A DNA stretch of 42,459 bases from Alloprevotella sp. (GCA_051868815.1 JBJEAH010000116.1:1-42459); one strand, 5' to 3'; counted from the first letter of the stretch, positions 27,001 through 36,036 are shown. Notes: generated by a model from the letters alone, not told the origin. Made by a program: numbers and translations.

Positions 27001-28139
27001 TTCAAAAACTCTGCCATCTCCTTGATGAAGTGGCTCTGCAACTGGCGGTAGTTGGTCAATCCTAATTCCTGGTATTTGGCCTGGCAGTCGGCGTTGCTTT
27101 CCCATTGCGAGGTGGGGCATTCGTCGCCGCCGATGTGGAAGTAGTCGTAGGGGAAGAGGGGAATGAGTTCGGAAAGTATGTTTTTGGCAAACTGCACGGC
27201 GGCGGGGTTGCCCACGTTGAGCACGTCGGAAGAAATACCTCCGTTGACCCACACGCTGGGAGCGGACTCGGGGTGGCAGCAATATTCGGGATAAGAAGCC
27301 ATGGCGGCAACGAAGTGGCCCGGCATGTCCACCTCGGGAATTACCTCGATGTGGCGCTCCTTGGCATAGGCCACGACTTCCTTAATCTGCTCTTGCGTAT
27401 AGAAATAAGGGCCATAGACCTGATTGGTCCAGTAGGGACCGTATTCGAGGTCGGTGACGTAGCAGTTGGAAGCCGTTGCGCCGATGGTGGTGAGCTTGGG
27501 ATATTGCTTGATCTCCACGCGCCAGCCCTGGTCGTCGGTGAGGTGCCAGTGGAAGCGGTTCATCTTGTAATACGACATCACGTCGAGCATGCGCTTCACC
27601 TCTTCCACGGTGAAGAAGTGGCGGGATACGTCGAGCATGAAACCGCGATAGGCAAAGCGCGGCTCGTCCTGAATGGTGACGCAGGGCAGGGCGTACTTAG
27701 TGACGGCGGCGTCCTGCTTGCCGGCCATGACATTGGCGGGCAAAATCTTCTTGACCGACTGGAAGGCATAGTAGAAACCGAGCACGCTCTTGGCACGCAC
27801 GGTTACCTTACCCTCGTTGACCATGAGGTTGTAAGCTCCTTCGTTCATCGTGCCGGCATAGAGCGCCACGTCAAAAAGCGGAGCCTCAGCATCGGCCTGT
27901 GCCACAGCGTTGTAGCCCGTAGCGGCGTTGAAGTCGAGCACGAAGCGCTGCACCTCTGCCACCATGTCGGCGGAGAGCGCACTGCTGTAACCTACCACAA
28001 AGTCCTGTGGCAGAACCACCTCTCCCGAGAGCGCGGTCATAGCCTTGGGTCTCGGCGTGAGGTTTACGAAATTGTCGGCGGACGCGATGCCCGTAGACAA
28101 AATCAAGGACATAAGAATCCAGAGAATTTTGTTTTTCAT
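24033..28139 (-). CDS. Secreted multidomain GH20 beta-N-acetylhexosaminidase with a T9SS-type C-terminal signal
   Basis: Signal peptide; PRFAYRGFMLDVSRHF, FHWHLTDDQGWR, PEVDMPGH, catalytic HIGGDE, WTE; C-terminal TGIEKV..IYDLSGRR..GIYIVNGRKVLVR. Confidence 0.95.
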   Translation of the reverse strand: MKNKILWILMSLILSTGIASADNFVNLTPRPKAMTALSGEVVLPQDFVVGYSSALSADMVAEVQRFVLDFNAATGYNAVAQADAEAPLFDVALYAGTMNEGAYNLMVNEGKVTVRAKSVLGFYYAFQSVKKILPANVMAGKQDAAVTKYALPCVTIQDEPRFAYRGFMLDVSRHFFTVEEVKRMLDVMSYYKMNRFHWHLTDDQGWRVEIKQYPKLTTIGATASNCYVTDLEYGPYWTNQVYGPYFYTQEQIKEVVAYAKERHIEVIPEVDMPGHFVAAMASYPEYCCHPESAPSVWVNGGISSDVLNVGNPAAVQFAKNILSELIPLFPYDYFHIGGDECPTSQWESNADCQAKYQELGLTNYRQLQSHFIKEMAEFLKENGKKTIVWNEAITAGNADTELIKETGATVFCWQPAAAGARKAAELGLDNVFTPWGPYYINRKQSNDAGEATLPGDGSDNVANTYAQEAVPTDITTAQAAHYTGVQGTFWTEHVADRNLMEYLALPRLIAIAEAGWTPKARKDFADFQKRITADTLLLNYGGYNYGRHYILSGEESGNETGQVMPKVSTNESKTWYRIITRATGERAGKCIELLREGSPLITEYSAKNAAANRLWTNAQAAEGDAAYDYQFWALEEDAANPGHYALVCKAVPAGSVNPNATAQNNTGRWNYDVAAKNYNFVLADHASGYGRLDNGNYYYSIRCDQIENLWMNASLGGQGYAVNLYNNPADGNGGLWEFAMLQAADGAADAKAKLAAVKAHLAKAKTYATAEAKAPGLYGATEKQELEDFIKDVDPEALTAAELETFVQQLDAKYAAFLASFGFLEEGKTYRFTNAVEAFAGTAIVDDGESTMLRHAGETWQSDAWLVTKSTVATDGTQSVQLKNAATGRFISTNATKSGSMAYPVYMGATAGDVTLTFDPAYGDYALALNARNFFPIAATSNTLPGIISSGSTIDDSRNAVRPQGAAWNVEQVYTVAYVCKDTEGNPIGTYVQSAPAGKTYTCAAPEIKNHSVKTYELTGTATAPEFENLAENKTVNVTYQRSAYSILIVSRDQYGAIVDESETSCPVGETYTIAYPNLPYYAYESSDYTGEATISPTEDMTINAVYTTRATNGVKRLGKEVTAVEAGKSYIIYDDCTTEAARKGYRMANAKTGAVVKDNSIDDKTPYYTWTLEASGTKYKVLNNGAGKYVPSLQNSTAAFLSATGDSFAFTRNADGSWKIKGSNNVCWDGLAAGALVGWNDPGHPYRIYEYYAQPYFSVTVNAVNEKTAAVLSSASEWVKAGDAYTLVAPAIEGYYLKTTEGDEGLSSVADNTVVTLTYASDDTGIEKVENGNATTPAVIYDLSGRRLGGISRSGIYIVNGRKVLVR

Positions 28140-28225
28140 AGTAACTATGTTGGTTATAAAAATGTTTTTCCGTCTGCTAATATATTACGCGTTGGTCGAA
28201 TTAAGATAAAATCCAGAAAAAACAA

Positions 28226-28348
28226 CTTGTTCAGTGTGGACTAACGCTCGCCTTAGCGAATAAATCCCGAGCCTAAAAGCAGAGCTTTTGGCTCGTGCTT
28301 TCTCCGCTGCGGCAGCGGTCGGTTCCCGCCCGCCCCACACAGAACAAG
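28226..28348. other. 123-bp multi-stem structured element upstream of the GH20 gene
   Basis: Ends CTTGTTCAGTGTGG/CCACACAGAACAAG (13/14 IR) enclosing three hairpins; GC-rich island in an AT-rich intergenic region. Confidence 0.6.
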
Positions 28349-28483
28349 GAAAAAACAAGGAAAAACCATTTTCTATAAGACACCAAAATAGATGCTTATC
28401 GATTGCATCAAGGTCTCACGTGTTTTTACAGGTTTTTATCTAAACCCCTTTGAATAATTCAACTAACAGGTAACTATCTTTTG

Positions 28484-28491
28484 CAAAAGTA
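28484..28491 (-). promoter_or_regulatory. Candidate -7 element for the GH20 gene
   Basis: TACTTTTG on the minus strand about 345 bp upstream of the ATG. Confidence 0.5.
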
Positions 28492-28563
28492 TGAAAAATA
28501 AAGTATGTCCGCAAACCTTTTCCCTTTTTCCTTAGCAGATAAGCGGCTTTTGTGGAAAATGCG

Positions 28564-28571
28564 TAATTTTG
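28564..28571 (+). promoter_or_regulatory. -7 element of wzx
   Basis: TAATTTTG followed by CAGC and then the ATG at 28576. Confidence 0.6.
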
Positions 28572-28575
28572 CAGC

Positions 28576-30024
28576 ATGTCCGAACAAAGCCTGAAAGACA
28601 AAACAGCCAAGGGACTGCTGTGGGGAGGCATCAGCAACGGCGCACAGCAGTTGCTCAACCTCATCTTCGGCATCTTCCTCGCCCGCCTGCTCACACCAGC
28701 CGACTACGGCATGGTGGGGATGCTCACCATTTTCTCCCTTATCGCCAACGCGCTGCAAGAGAGCGGCTTCATCTCCGCGCTCAACCAAAAGAGCGAGGCA
28801 ACGCACCGCGACTTCAACGCCGTGTTTTGGTTCAACGTGCTTTGCAGCATCGCCATATATATAATATTGTACTTCTGCGCCCCGCTCATCGCGCTGTGGT
28901 TTCGGCAGCCCGAACTCACGCCTCTGGCGCGGCTGTCGTTCCTCACGTTCGTCATCTCCTCTTTCGGCACGTCGCCCCGCGCCTACCTCTTCCGCAACCT
29001 GCGGGTCAAGGAAACAGCCTATATGTCGTTTGTCGCGCTGGTCGTTTCCGGCATCACAGGCGTGACGCTCGCCTGTCTCGGCTTTGCGTATTGGGGCATC
29101 GCCATACAGAGCCTCACCTATTGCCTGTGTATGACCGTGACCGCGTGGTGGTTCTCCGGCTGGCGGCCCACGCTGCACATAGATTTCAGTCCCTTGAAAG
29201 GAATGCTGTGGTTCAGCTCGAAACTGCTGATTACAAATATCTTCACCCATATCAACAACAACCTCTTCTCCCTCTTCTTCGGCCGGCTCTACGGCGAAAA
29301 GATGGTGGGCTACTACAACCAGGCAAACAAATGGACGGGCATGGGCTACACCACCCTGACGGGTATGCTGTGGAGCGTGGTGCAGCCCGTCTTCGCGCGA
29401 CTGGCCGACGACAGCCGCGAGCGGCAGTGCCGTGCCTTCCGCAAGATGCTGCGCTTCACGGCCTTCCTGTCGTGCCCCGCGCTCTTCGGGCTGGCGCTCA
29501 TTGCTCCCGAGTTTATCACCTTGACCATCACCGAGAAATGGCTGCCTGCCGCCCGGCTGATGCAGGTGCTCTGCGTGGGCGGCGCGTTTATGCCCGTGGC
29601 GAGCGTGTTCTCCAACTTCGTGATCGGCAGGGGGCGCAGCGATGTGTATATGTGGAGCACCATTGCGCTCTGCCTGTTGCAGACGCTGCTGCTCGTGCTG
29701 TTGCACCCCTACGGCGTGGAGGCGATGGTGTGGGCGTACGTCGTGCTCAACACGCTGTGGATAGGCGTGTGGTATCGCTACGTGCGCGGCATGACCGGGC
29801 TGAGGTTCATAGATTTGCTTAAAGACCTCCTGCCGTTCGTTTGCCTCGCAGCGGCAGCGGTGGCTGGCGGCGGCGCGGCGGCCATGGCGCTTGCCGGCGG
29901 CACGCTCACCTCGCTCAGCATCAAGATGGCCGTCACGGCCGGCATCTACCTCGGTGCGCTTTGGCTGCTCAAAGCGGCTATCTTACGGGAAAGTTTGGAA
30001 TACCTTTTGCATAAGAAGAAATAG
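28576..30024 (+). CDS. Polysaccharide flippase (WzxC-like lipopolysaccharide biosynthesis protein)
   Basis: SLKDKTAKGLLW..LARLLTPADYGMVGM..ESGF..AL.QK, VGYYNQA and EKWLPA; many TM segments. Confidence 0.9.
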   Translation: MSEQSLKDKTAKGLLWGGISNGAQQLLNLIFGIFLARLLTPADYGMVGMLTIFSLIANALQESGFISALNQKSEATHRDFNAVFWFNVLCSIAIYIILYFCAPLIALWFRQPELTPLARLSFLTFVISSFGTSPRAYLFRNLRVKETAYMSFVALVVSGITGVTLACLGFAYWGIAIQSLTYCLCMTVTAWWFSGWRPTLHIDFSPLKGMLWFSSKLLITNIFTHINNNLFSLFFGRLYGEKMVGYYNQANKWTGMGYTTLTGMLWSVVQPVFARLADDSRERQCRAFRKMLRFTAFLSCPALFGLALIAPEFITLTITEKWLPAARLMQVLCVGGAFMPVASVFSNFVIGRGRSDVYMWSTIALCLLQTLLLVLLHPYGVEAMVWAYVVLNTLWIGVWYRYVRGMTGLRFIDLLKDLLPFVCLAAAAVAGGGAAAMALAGGTLTSLSIKMAVTAGIYLGALWLLKAAILRESLEYLLHKKK

Positions 30025-30113
30025 ACGCTCGCGTGTGCCCGTTGGCAACCATACAATATTATATATACGCGCGCGAGAATTGTTTTACTATTTACCCATC
30101 AATAATCACAATT

Positions 30114-30794
30114 ATGATTTACTGGATTTTATTTATCGGCATTGCCCTTGTGAGCTATTTAGTGCAATCGCAATTGAACGCAAAGTTTGAAAAATACGGC
30201 AAAGTGCCCAACGAGGCCGGTCTCACGGGACGCGAGGTAGCAGAAAAGATGCTGCGCGAGAATGGCATCTACGACGTGAAGGTAACCAGCACGCCCGGCA
30301 TGCTTACCGACCACTACAATCCTGCCAACGGCACGGTGAACCTTTCCGAAGGCGTTTACAACAGCCGTTCCGTGGCCGCTGCCGCCGTTGCCGCGCATGA
30401 GTGCGGCCATGCTGTGCAGCACGCCGTGGCTTACGCTCCGCTGCGGCTGCGCAGTGCGCTCGTGCCCATTGTGCAGTTCGCCTCTACGTGGGTGCAATGG
30501 GTGCTGCTGGCAGGCATTCTGCTTGTGGAGAGTTTCCCCTCGCTGCTGCTCATCGGCATTGTGCTCTTCGCAATGACCACGCTGTTCAGCTTCGTGACGC
30601 TGCCCGTAGAGATCGACGCCAGCCGCCGCGCCACGGCATGGCTCTCCAACGCCGGAATGACCACGGTGCGCACGCACGACATGGCAGTCGATGCCCTGCG
30701 CTCGGCAGCCTATACCTACGTAGTTGCCGCCCTTAGCTCGTTGGCCACACTCGTTTATTACATCATGATATTCTTGGGGCGCAATAGAGATTAG
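30114..30794 (+). CDS. YugP-like membrane zinc metallopeptidase
   Basis: LTDHYNP, VAAHECGHAVQH, TLPVEIDASRRA and AAYTYV motifs; start at 30114. Confidence 0.93.
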   Translation: MIYWILFIGIALVSYLVQSQLNAKFEKYGKVPNEAGLTGREVAEKMLRENGIYDVKVTSTPGMLTDHYNPANGTVNLSEGVYNSRSVAAAAVAAHECGHAVQHAVAYAPLRLRSALVPIVQFASTWVQWVLLAGILLVESFPSLLLIGIVLFAMTTLFSFVTLPVEIDASRRATAWLSNAGMTTVRTHDMAVDALRSAAYTYVVAALSSLATLVYYIMIFLGRNRD

Positions 30795-30844
30795 ACCGCA
30801 CAAGCGGCGGCGGTCAGCCTCTGCTGCAATCTATTAAAAATAGA

Positions 30845-32197
30845 ATGGAAAAGTTCAATGTCCTCGGCGAAGCCCCCGTGGGGCGACTGCTGGCGCAGTA
30901 TGCCTTTCCCGCCATCGTGGCGATGGCGGCTTCGTCGGTCTACAACATCATCGACGGCATCTTCATCGGGCAGGGCGTGGGCGCGGAGGCTATTATGGGC
31001 TTGGCGCTGACGGCTCCCGTGATGTCGCTCACGGCGGCGTTCGGCGCAATGGTGGGCGTGGGCGCGTCCACGCTGATGAGCGTCAAGCTCGGACAGCGCG
31101 ACTACGAAACGGCGCAGCGCATCCTCGGCAACGTGGTGATTATGAACATCGTCATGGGACTGTCGCTCGGTCTGCTGCTGCTCGCCTTCCTCAACCCCAT
31201 CCTCCGCTTCTTCGGAGCGAGCGATGCCACGCTGCCCTATGCCTACGACTTCATGAGCGTTATCCTGCTCGGCAATGTCGTGACGCATCTCTACCTCGGG
31301 CTCAACGCCCTGCTGCGCTCCACCAACCGCCCGCAGAAAGCCATGCTCGCCACCTTCGGCACCGTGGGGCTTAACTGCGTGTTCGCCCCGATTTTCATCT
31401 TTGCCTTAGACTGGGGCATACGCGGCGCGGCATTTGCCACCATTCTCTCGCAGCTGGTGATGCTTTGCTGGCAGTTGAGGCTCTTTTCAGACAAATCAGA
31501 CCTTATCCACCTGCATCGCGGCATCATGCGCCTGCAACGCAAGATTGTGGGCGAGTCGCTGCTCGTGGGCCTGCCGCAATTTCTCATCAACCTCTGCGCC
31601 TGCATGGTCACGGTAGTCGTGACGCGCAGCATGGCAGAGTTTGGCGGCGACGTTTCGGTCGGCGCATTCGGCATCTGCAACCGCCTGGTGCTCTTTGCCG
31701 TGATGGTCATCATCGGCCTGAACCAAGGCATGCAGCCCATCGCCGGCTACAACTACGGGGCGCAGCGTTACGACCGCGTGCTGCAAGTGCTCAAAATCGC
31801 GCTCATCGCCGGCGTGTGCATCATGAGCATCGGCTTCTTGGTAGGCACGTTCTTTGCCGAACCCTGCGTGACACTCTTTGCGAAAGACGCGCCCGAACTG
31901 ATAGCCGGCGCGGCGCATGGCCTGCGCATCATGGTGATGTTCTTCCCGATTGTCGGCGTGCAGATCGTTTCCACCGCCTTCTTCCAAAGCATCGGCATGG
32001 CGGGCAAGAGCATCTTCCTCTCGCTCACGCGCCAGCTCATTTTCCTTCTGCCCTTGCTCCTGATTTTGCCGCACGTAATGGAAAATCCGATTGACGGCGT
32101 GTGGTATGCCTCGCCCTTTGCCGACGGCATCGCCTCCATTCTGGCCATGACGCTCCTGGGCATTGAAGTCAAGAAGTTTCGCAAACGCATCGCTTAA
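30845..32197 (+). CDS. MATE-family efflux transporter
   Basis: YNIIDGIFIG, GIRGAAFAT, QPIAGYNYGA and GVW motifs; about 12 TM segments. Confidence 0.93.
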   Translation: MEKFNVLGEAPVGRLLAQYAFPAIVAMAASSVYNIIDGIFIGQGVGAEAIMGLALTAPVMSLTAAFGAMVGVGASTLMSVKLGQRDYETAQRILGNVVIMNIVMGLSLGLLLLAFLNPILRFFGASDATLPYAYDFMSVILLGNVVTHLYLGLNALLRSTNRPQKAMLATFGTVGLNCVFAPIFIFALDWGIRGAAFATILSQLVMLCWQLRLFSDKSDLIHLHRGIMRLQRKIVGESLLVGLPQFLINLCACMVTVVVTRSMAEFGGDVSVGAFGICNRLVLFAVMVIIGLNQGMQPIAGYNYGAQRYDRVLQVLKIALIAGVCIMSIGFLVGTFFAEPCVTLFAKDAPELIAGAAHGLRIMVMFFPIVGVQIVSTAFFQSIGMAGKSIFLSLTRQLIFLLPLLLILPHVMENPIDGVWYASPFADGIASILAMTLLGIEVKKFRKRIA

Positions 32198-32209
32198 TTG
32201 TTTCCCCTT

Positions 32210-32839
32210 ATGACGACCCCCTTCGTAATCACCATAGGCCGCCAGCTCGGCAGCGGCGGCAGGCAAATCGGCAGGCTGATTGCCGACAGGCTGCAAATAG
32301 AATACTTCGACAAGGAAATCCTCGACCTCGCCGCCCGCGAGAGCGGCTTCCGCCCGGAACTTTTTGAGGAGAGTGATGAGAAAAACAGTTTTCTGCGCTC
32401 CATATTCGGCAATATCATTCCTTTCTTCGGCAGCCCTTCCGAAAAGATTTACCCCGACGCGCTGAGCCGCGAGAACCTCTTTCGCTTGCAGGCAGATTCC
32501 ATTCGCAAGGCGGCGGCCGAACGCTCGGCAGTCTTTATCGGCCGTTGCGCCGACTACGTGTTGCGCGACCACCCGCGCTGCCTCAATGTGTTCCTGACTG
32601 CCAATATGGAAGACCGCATTGCGCAGGTGATGCGGCGTGAGGGCATCGACCGCGCGGCAGCCGAGCGGCGCATCGAAAGCGGCGACCGCCAAAGAGCATC
32701 CTTCTACAACTTTTACAGTTCCGGCACGTGGGGTGCAGCTGCCACCTACGACCTCTGCATCAATTCCTCCCTGCTCGGAATGGAAGAGACGGCAGAACTG
32801 ATTATCGGCTTTGCCCGCAAACGTTTTGAGAACTTATGA
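32210..32839 (+). CDS. Cytidylate kinase-like family protein
   Basis: ITIGRQLGSGG, FIGRCADYVL and YDLCINSS motifs. Confidence 0.88.
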   Translation: MTTPFVITIGRQLGSGGRQIGRLIADRLQIEYFDKEILDLAARESGFRPELFEESDEKNSFLRSIFGNIIPFFGSPSEKIYPDALSRENLFRLQADSIRKAAAERSAVFIGRCADYVLRDHPRCLNVFLTANMEDRIAQVMRREGIDRAAAERRIESGDRQRASFYNFYSSGTWGAAATYDLCINSSLLGMEETAELIIGFARKRFENL

Positions 32840-33330
32840 AGCGCATCGGACTGCTTTCGGATACACACAGTTGCTGGGACGAGCGCTTTGCAGACTATTT
32901 TGCCGACTGCGATGAGATATGGCACGCCGGCGATGTGGGTTCTATGGAAGTCGCCGACAAACTCGCGGCGCTACACCCCCTGCGCTGCGTGTGCGGCAAC
33001 TGCGACGGCGGCGACTTGCGCATTGTATATCCGCCTTTGGCGCGTTTCCGCGTGGAGGAAGTAGAAGTGATGATGACGCACATCGGCGGCTATCCCGGGC
33101 ATTACGCGCCGCATATCCGCGAGCGGCTGATGAGCCGCCCCACCGACCTGTTTGTGTGCGGTCATTCGCATATTCTGAAAGTCGTGCGCGACCCTGTGCT
33201 CAATCTTCTGCACATCAACCCCGGCGCGGCTGGGCATCAGGGCTGGCATTTGGTGCGCACCCTTGTGCGCTTCAGCATTACGGGCAAGCGGATCCACGAC
33301 CTCGAAGTCGTGGAGTTAGGAGGAAGATAA
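32836..33330 (+). CDS. YfcE/MJ0936-type metallophosphoesterase
   Basis: SDTH, HAGDVG, GNCD, GHSH and NPGA motifs. Confidence 0.92.
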   Translation: MKRIGLLSDTHSCWDERFADYFADCDEIWHAGDVGSMEVADKLAALHPLRCVCGNCDGGDLRIVYPPLARFRVEEVEVMMTHIGGYPGHYAPHIRERLMSRPTDLFVCGHSHILKVVRDPVLNLLHINPGAAGHQGWHLVRTLVRFSITGKRIHDLEVVELGGR

Positions 33331-33335
33331 TAATG

Positions 33336-33383
33336 ACAATAACGAGGGAGGCACGCCGATTGGCGTGCCTCCCTCGTTATTGT
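33336..33383. terminator. Bidirectional terminator hairpin
   Basis: Perfect 22-bp stem ACAATAACGAGGGAGGCACGCC-GATT-GGCGTGCCTCCCTCGTTATTGT between convergent genes. Confidence 0.85.
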
Positions 33384-33403
33384 ATGCCTTTGCGGCTAAG
33401 TGG

Positions 33404-33868
33404 TTAGGCAATGGTGAGTAGCGTGGTGCCTTCCATCACGCTGTCGCCTGCTGCCACGCACACGGCGGACACCGTGCCGGCCGACTCGGCGCAGATGTTG
33501 TTTTCCATCTTCATGGCTTCCAGCACGAGCACCACGTCGCCTGCCTTCACGGCCTGACCAGCTGCTACGTTCACTTTCGTCACTACGCCAGGCAGGGGGG
33601 CCTTCACGGGCGTGCCGCTGCCGGGTGCGCTCTTGCCTGCTGCGGGTGCGGGGGCTGCGGCCGGCGTTTCGGCTGCCGGCTGTGCGGCGGGCGCGGGAGC
33701 GGCTGCGCCGGTGGCACTTTCGGGCAGGTTCTCTTCAAGCAGCGAAGAGCCGTGCATCTGTACCTCAAAAGGCAGGCCGTTCACCTCAACCTGTGCCTTG
33801 TCGCCTTGGATGCCGCGAATGGTAACGTCGTACTCGGCACCGTTAATGGTATATTTGTATTGCTTCAT
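33404..33868 (-). CDS. Biotin carboxyl carrier protein (MmdC-like)
   Basis: Ala/Pro linker and biotinylation motif LEAMKMEN. Confidence 0.95.
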   Translation of the reverse strand: MKQYKYTINGAEYDVTIRGIQGDKAQVEVNGLPFEVQMHGSSLLEENLPESATGAAAPAPAAQPAAETPAAAPAPAAGKSAPGSGTPVKAPLPGVVTKVNVAAGQAVKAGDVVLVLEAMKMENNICAESAGTVSAVCVAAGDSVMEGTTLLTIA

Positions 33869-33913
33869 CTTTTTGAAATCGTTGTTTTAGAAATTATTGT
33901 TTACGGAACTGCA

Positions 33914-34177
33914 TTAAAGCCTGTTCATCAGCTGCGAGGGATGATTCCAGCTGCTTTCCTGCGGCATGAAGGTGATGATGCCGGTTTCGTCGTCGTGCAC
34001 CACTTCCACTTCGTGCTCAATCAGCGCGAGGGCAATGGCCGCAGCATAGGAGGGCATGCGTTCCTCGCTCACTTCCGGGTGTGCGCCGTCGACGAGGAGG
34101 TCGGCTATCGTGCCTTCGCGGTCATCGAGGCGAATGCTCACGGCGTGTCCGTTGATTTGATATTGAAAAGTTTTCAT
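33914..34177 (-). CDS. Small soluble OadG/MmdD-like protein
   Basis: 87 aa between the carboxyltransferase and BCCP genes; AAAIALAL..VHDDETGIIT..SSW resembles the OadG/delta-subunit C-terminus; no TM segment. Confidence 0.7.
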   Translation of the reverse strand: MKTFQYQINGHAVSIRLDDREGTIADLLVDGAHPEVSEERMPSYAAAIALALIEHEVEVVHDDETGIITFMPQESSWNHPSQLMNRL

Positions 34178-34198
34178 TGCTTGCTTTTTGCCTTTTGT

Positions 34199-35752
34199 TT
34201 ACAAGGGGATATTGCCGTGCTTCTTGACGGGGCGCGTTTCGCGCTTGTTGGCCAACTGCGCGAGGGCGCGGCAGATGCGGAAGCGCGTGTTGCGCGGCTC
34301 GATTACATCGTCCACATAGCCGAACTCGGCTGCCTTGTAGGGGTTGGTGAAGAGGTCGTTGTATTCCTTTTCCTTCTCGGCGAGGAATGCCTTGGGGTCT
34401 TCCTTCGTCTTGGCTTCCTTACCGTCGAGAATTGCCACGGCACCCGATGCACCCATCACGGCGATTTCGGCAGAGGGCCATGCATAGTTGAGGTCGGCGC
34501 GGAGCTGCTTGCAGCCCATCACGATGTGCGAGCCGCCGTAGCTCTTGCGCAGCGTTACGGTTACCTTGGGCACCGTGGCTTCGCCGTAGGCATAGAGCAG
34601 TTTTGCGCCGTGGTCGATCACGGCGTTGTATTCCTGACCCGTTCCCGGCAGGAAGCCCGGCACGTCCACGAGGCTCACGATGGGTATATTGAAGCAGTCG
34701 CAGAAGCGCACGAAGCGAGCAGCCTTGCGCGAGGCGTTGCAGTCGAGCACGCCGGCGTAAACGCTGGGCTGGTTGGCCACAACGCCCACGCTCTCGCCGT
34801 TGAAGCGGGCGAAGCCGATGATGATGTTGCGGGCAAAGGAGCGCTGCACTTCGAGGAACTCGCCGTTGTCCACCACAGCCGAGATAACCTTATACATGTC
34901 GTAGGCCATGTTGGGGTTGTCGGGGATAATCTCGTTGAGGCTGTCTTCCTTGCGGTCGATGGGGTCGTTGCAGGCAACGCGCGGGGCGCGTTCCATGTTA
35001 TTCTGGGGCAGATAGGAGAGCAGGCGACGGATAAGGGCTGCGAACTCCTCTTCCGTCTTGGCCGTGAAGTGGCAAACGCCGCTCTTCGTGGAGTGAACGC
35101 CTGCGCCGCCGAGGTCTTCCTGCGTCACGTCCTCGCCCGTCACGGTTTTCACCACCTTCGGACCGGTGAGGAACATGTAGCTCACGCCTTCGAGCATCAC
35201 CACGAAGTCCGTGAGGGCAGGGGAATAAACCGCGCCGCCGGCGCACGGGCCGCAGATGCCGGATATCTGGGGCACCACGCCGCTGGCCTCAATGTTGCGC
35301 TGGAAGATGTTGCCAAAGCCGGCAAGGGCGTTGATGCCTTCCTGTATGCGTGCGCCGCCTGAGTCGTTAAGACCGATGCAGGGTACGCCCATCTTCATGC
35401 TCTGGTCCATGACTTTGCAGATTTTCTCTGCCATTGTTTCGGAAAGCGAACCGCCGTTTACGGTGAAATCTTGTGCAAACACATAGACGAGGCGGCCGTT
35501 GATAGTGCCGCTACCGGCTACCACGCCGTCGCCGAGGAACTGCTTCTTCTCCATGCCGAAATAGTGGCAGCGGTGAAGCTTGAACATGTCCATTTCCTCA
35601 AACGAACCTTTGTCGAGCAGCATGTCGATGCGCTCGCGTGCGGTGGCCTTGCCTTTTTCGTGTTGCTTCTCAATCGCTTTTTCCCCGCCGCCGAGGCGTG
35701 CCTTCTGGCGGAGTTCCACGAGTTGCTTGATTTTCTTTAATTGTTCACTCAT
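34199..35752 (-). CDS. Acyl-CoA carboxyltransferase subunit (MmdA/PccB-like)
   Basis: [45 protein letters not shown] and KKHGNIPL motifs; start at 35752. Confidence 0.95.
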   Translation of the reverse strand: MSEQLKKIKQLVELRQKARLGGGEKAIEKQHEKGKATARERIDMLLDKGSFEEMDMFKLHRCHYFGMEKKQFLGDGVVAGSGTINGRLVYVFAQDFTVNGGSLSETMAEKICKVMDQSMKMGVPCIGLNDSGGARIQEGINALAGFGNIFQRNIEASGVVPQISGICGPCAGGAVYSPALTDFVVMLEGVSYMFLTGPKVVKTVTGEDVTQEDLGGAGVHSTKSGVCHFTAKTEEEFAALIRRLLSYLPQNNMERAPRVACNDPIDRKEDSLNEIIPDNPNMAYDMYKVISAVVDNGEFLEVQRSFARNIIIGFARFNGESVGVVANQPSVYAGVLDCNASRKAARFVRFCDCFNIPIVSLVDVPGFLPGTGQEYNAVIDHGAKLLYAYGEATVPKVTVTLRKSYGGSHIVMGCKQLRADLNYAWPSAEIAVMGASGAVAILDGKEAKTKEDPKAFLAEKEKEYNDLFTNPYKAAEFGYVDDVIEPRNTRFRICRALAQLANKRETRPVKKHGNIPL

Positions 35753-35824
35753 AATGTGTAATTGTGTGATGATTTCTATTCGGGCGAGACACACAATATT
35801 ATATATATGTATCTCAAAGCGGGG

Positions 35825-35832
35825 CAAAGTTA
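35825..35832 (-). promoter_or_regulatory. -7 element of the carboxyltransferase operon
   Basis: TAACTTTG on the minus strand. Confidence 0.65.
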
Positions 35833-35962
35833 TGAAAAAAACGGCACACTTATAGGGCGTTTTGTGCGATTTCGTACATTTGCTGCGCAGAAAGTATGCA
35901 AAAAGTGACGGATGTTTAGATTATTTATGTGCGGAAATAGCATCGGAAAGCTGGAAACATTG

Positions 35963-35970
35963 TATTTTTG
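35963..35970 (+). promoter_or_regulatory. -7 element of the small Cys-rich protein gene
   Basis: TATTTTTG(CAG) 66 bp upstream of the ATG. Confidence 0.6.
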
Positions 35971-36036
35971 CAGTCGAGAGGTTATCCTCTTTTTATAATC
36001 AAAATCATATCCACCAAAAACTAAAACTTATCCATT

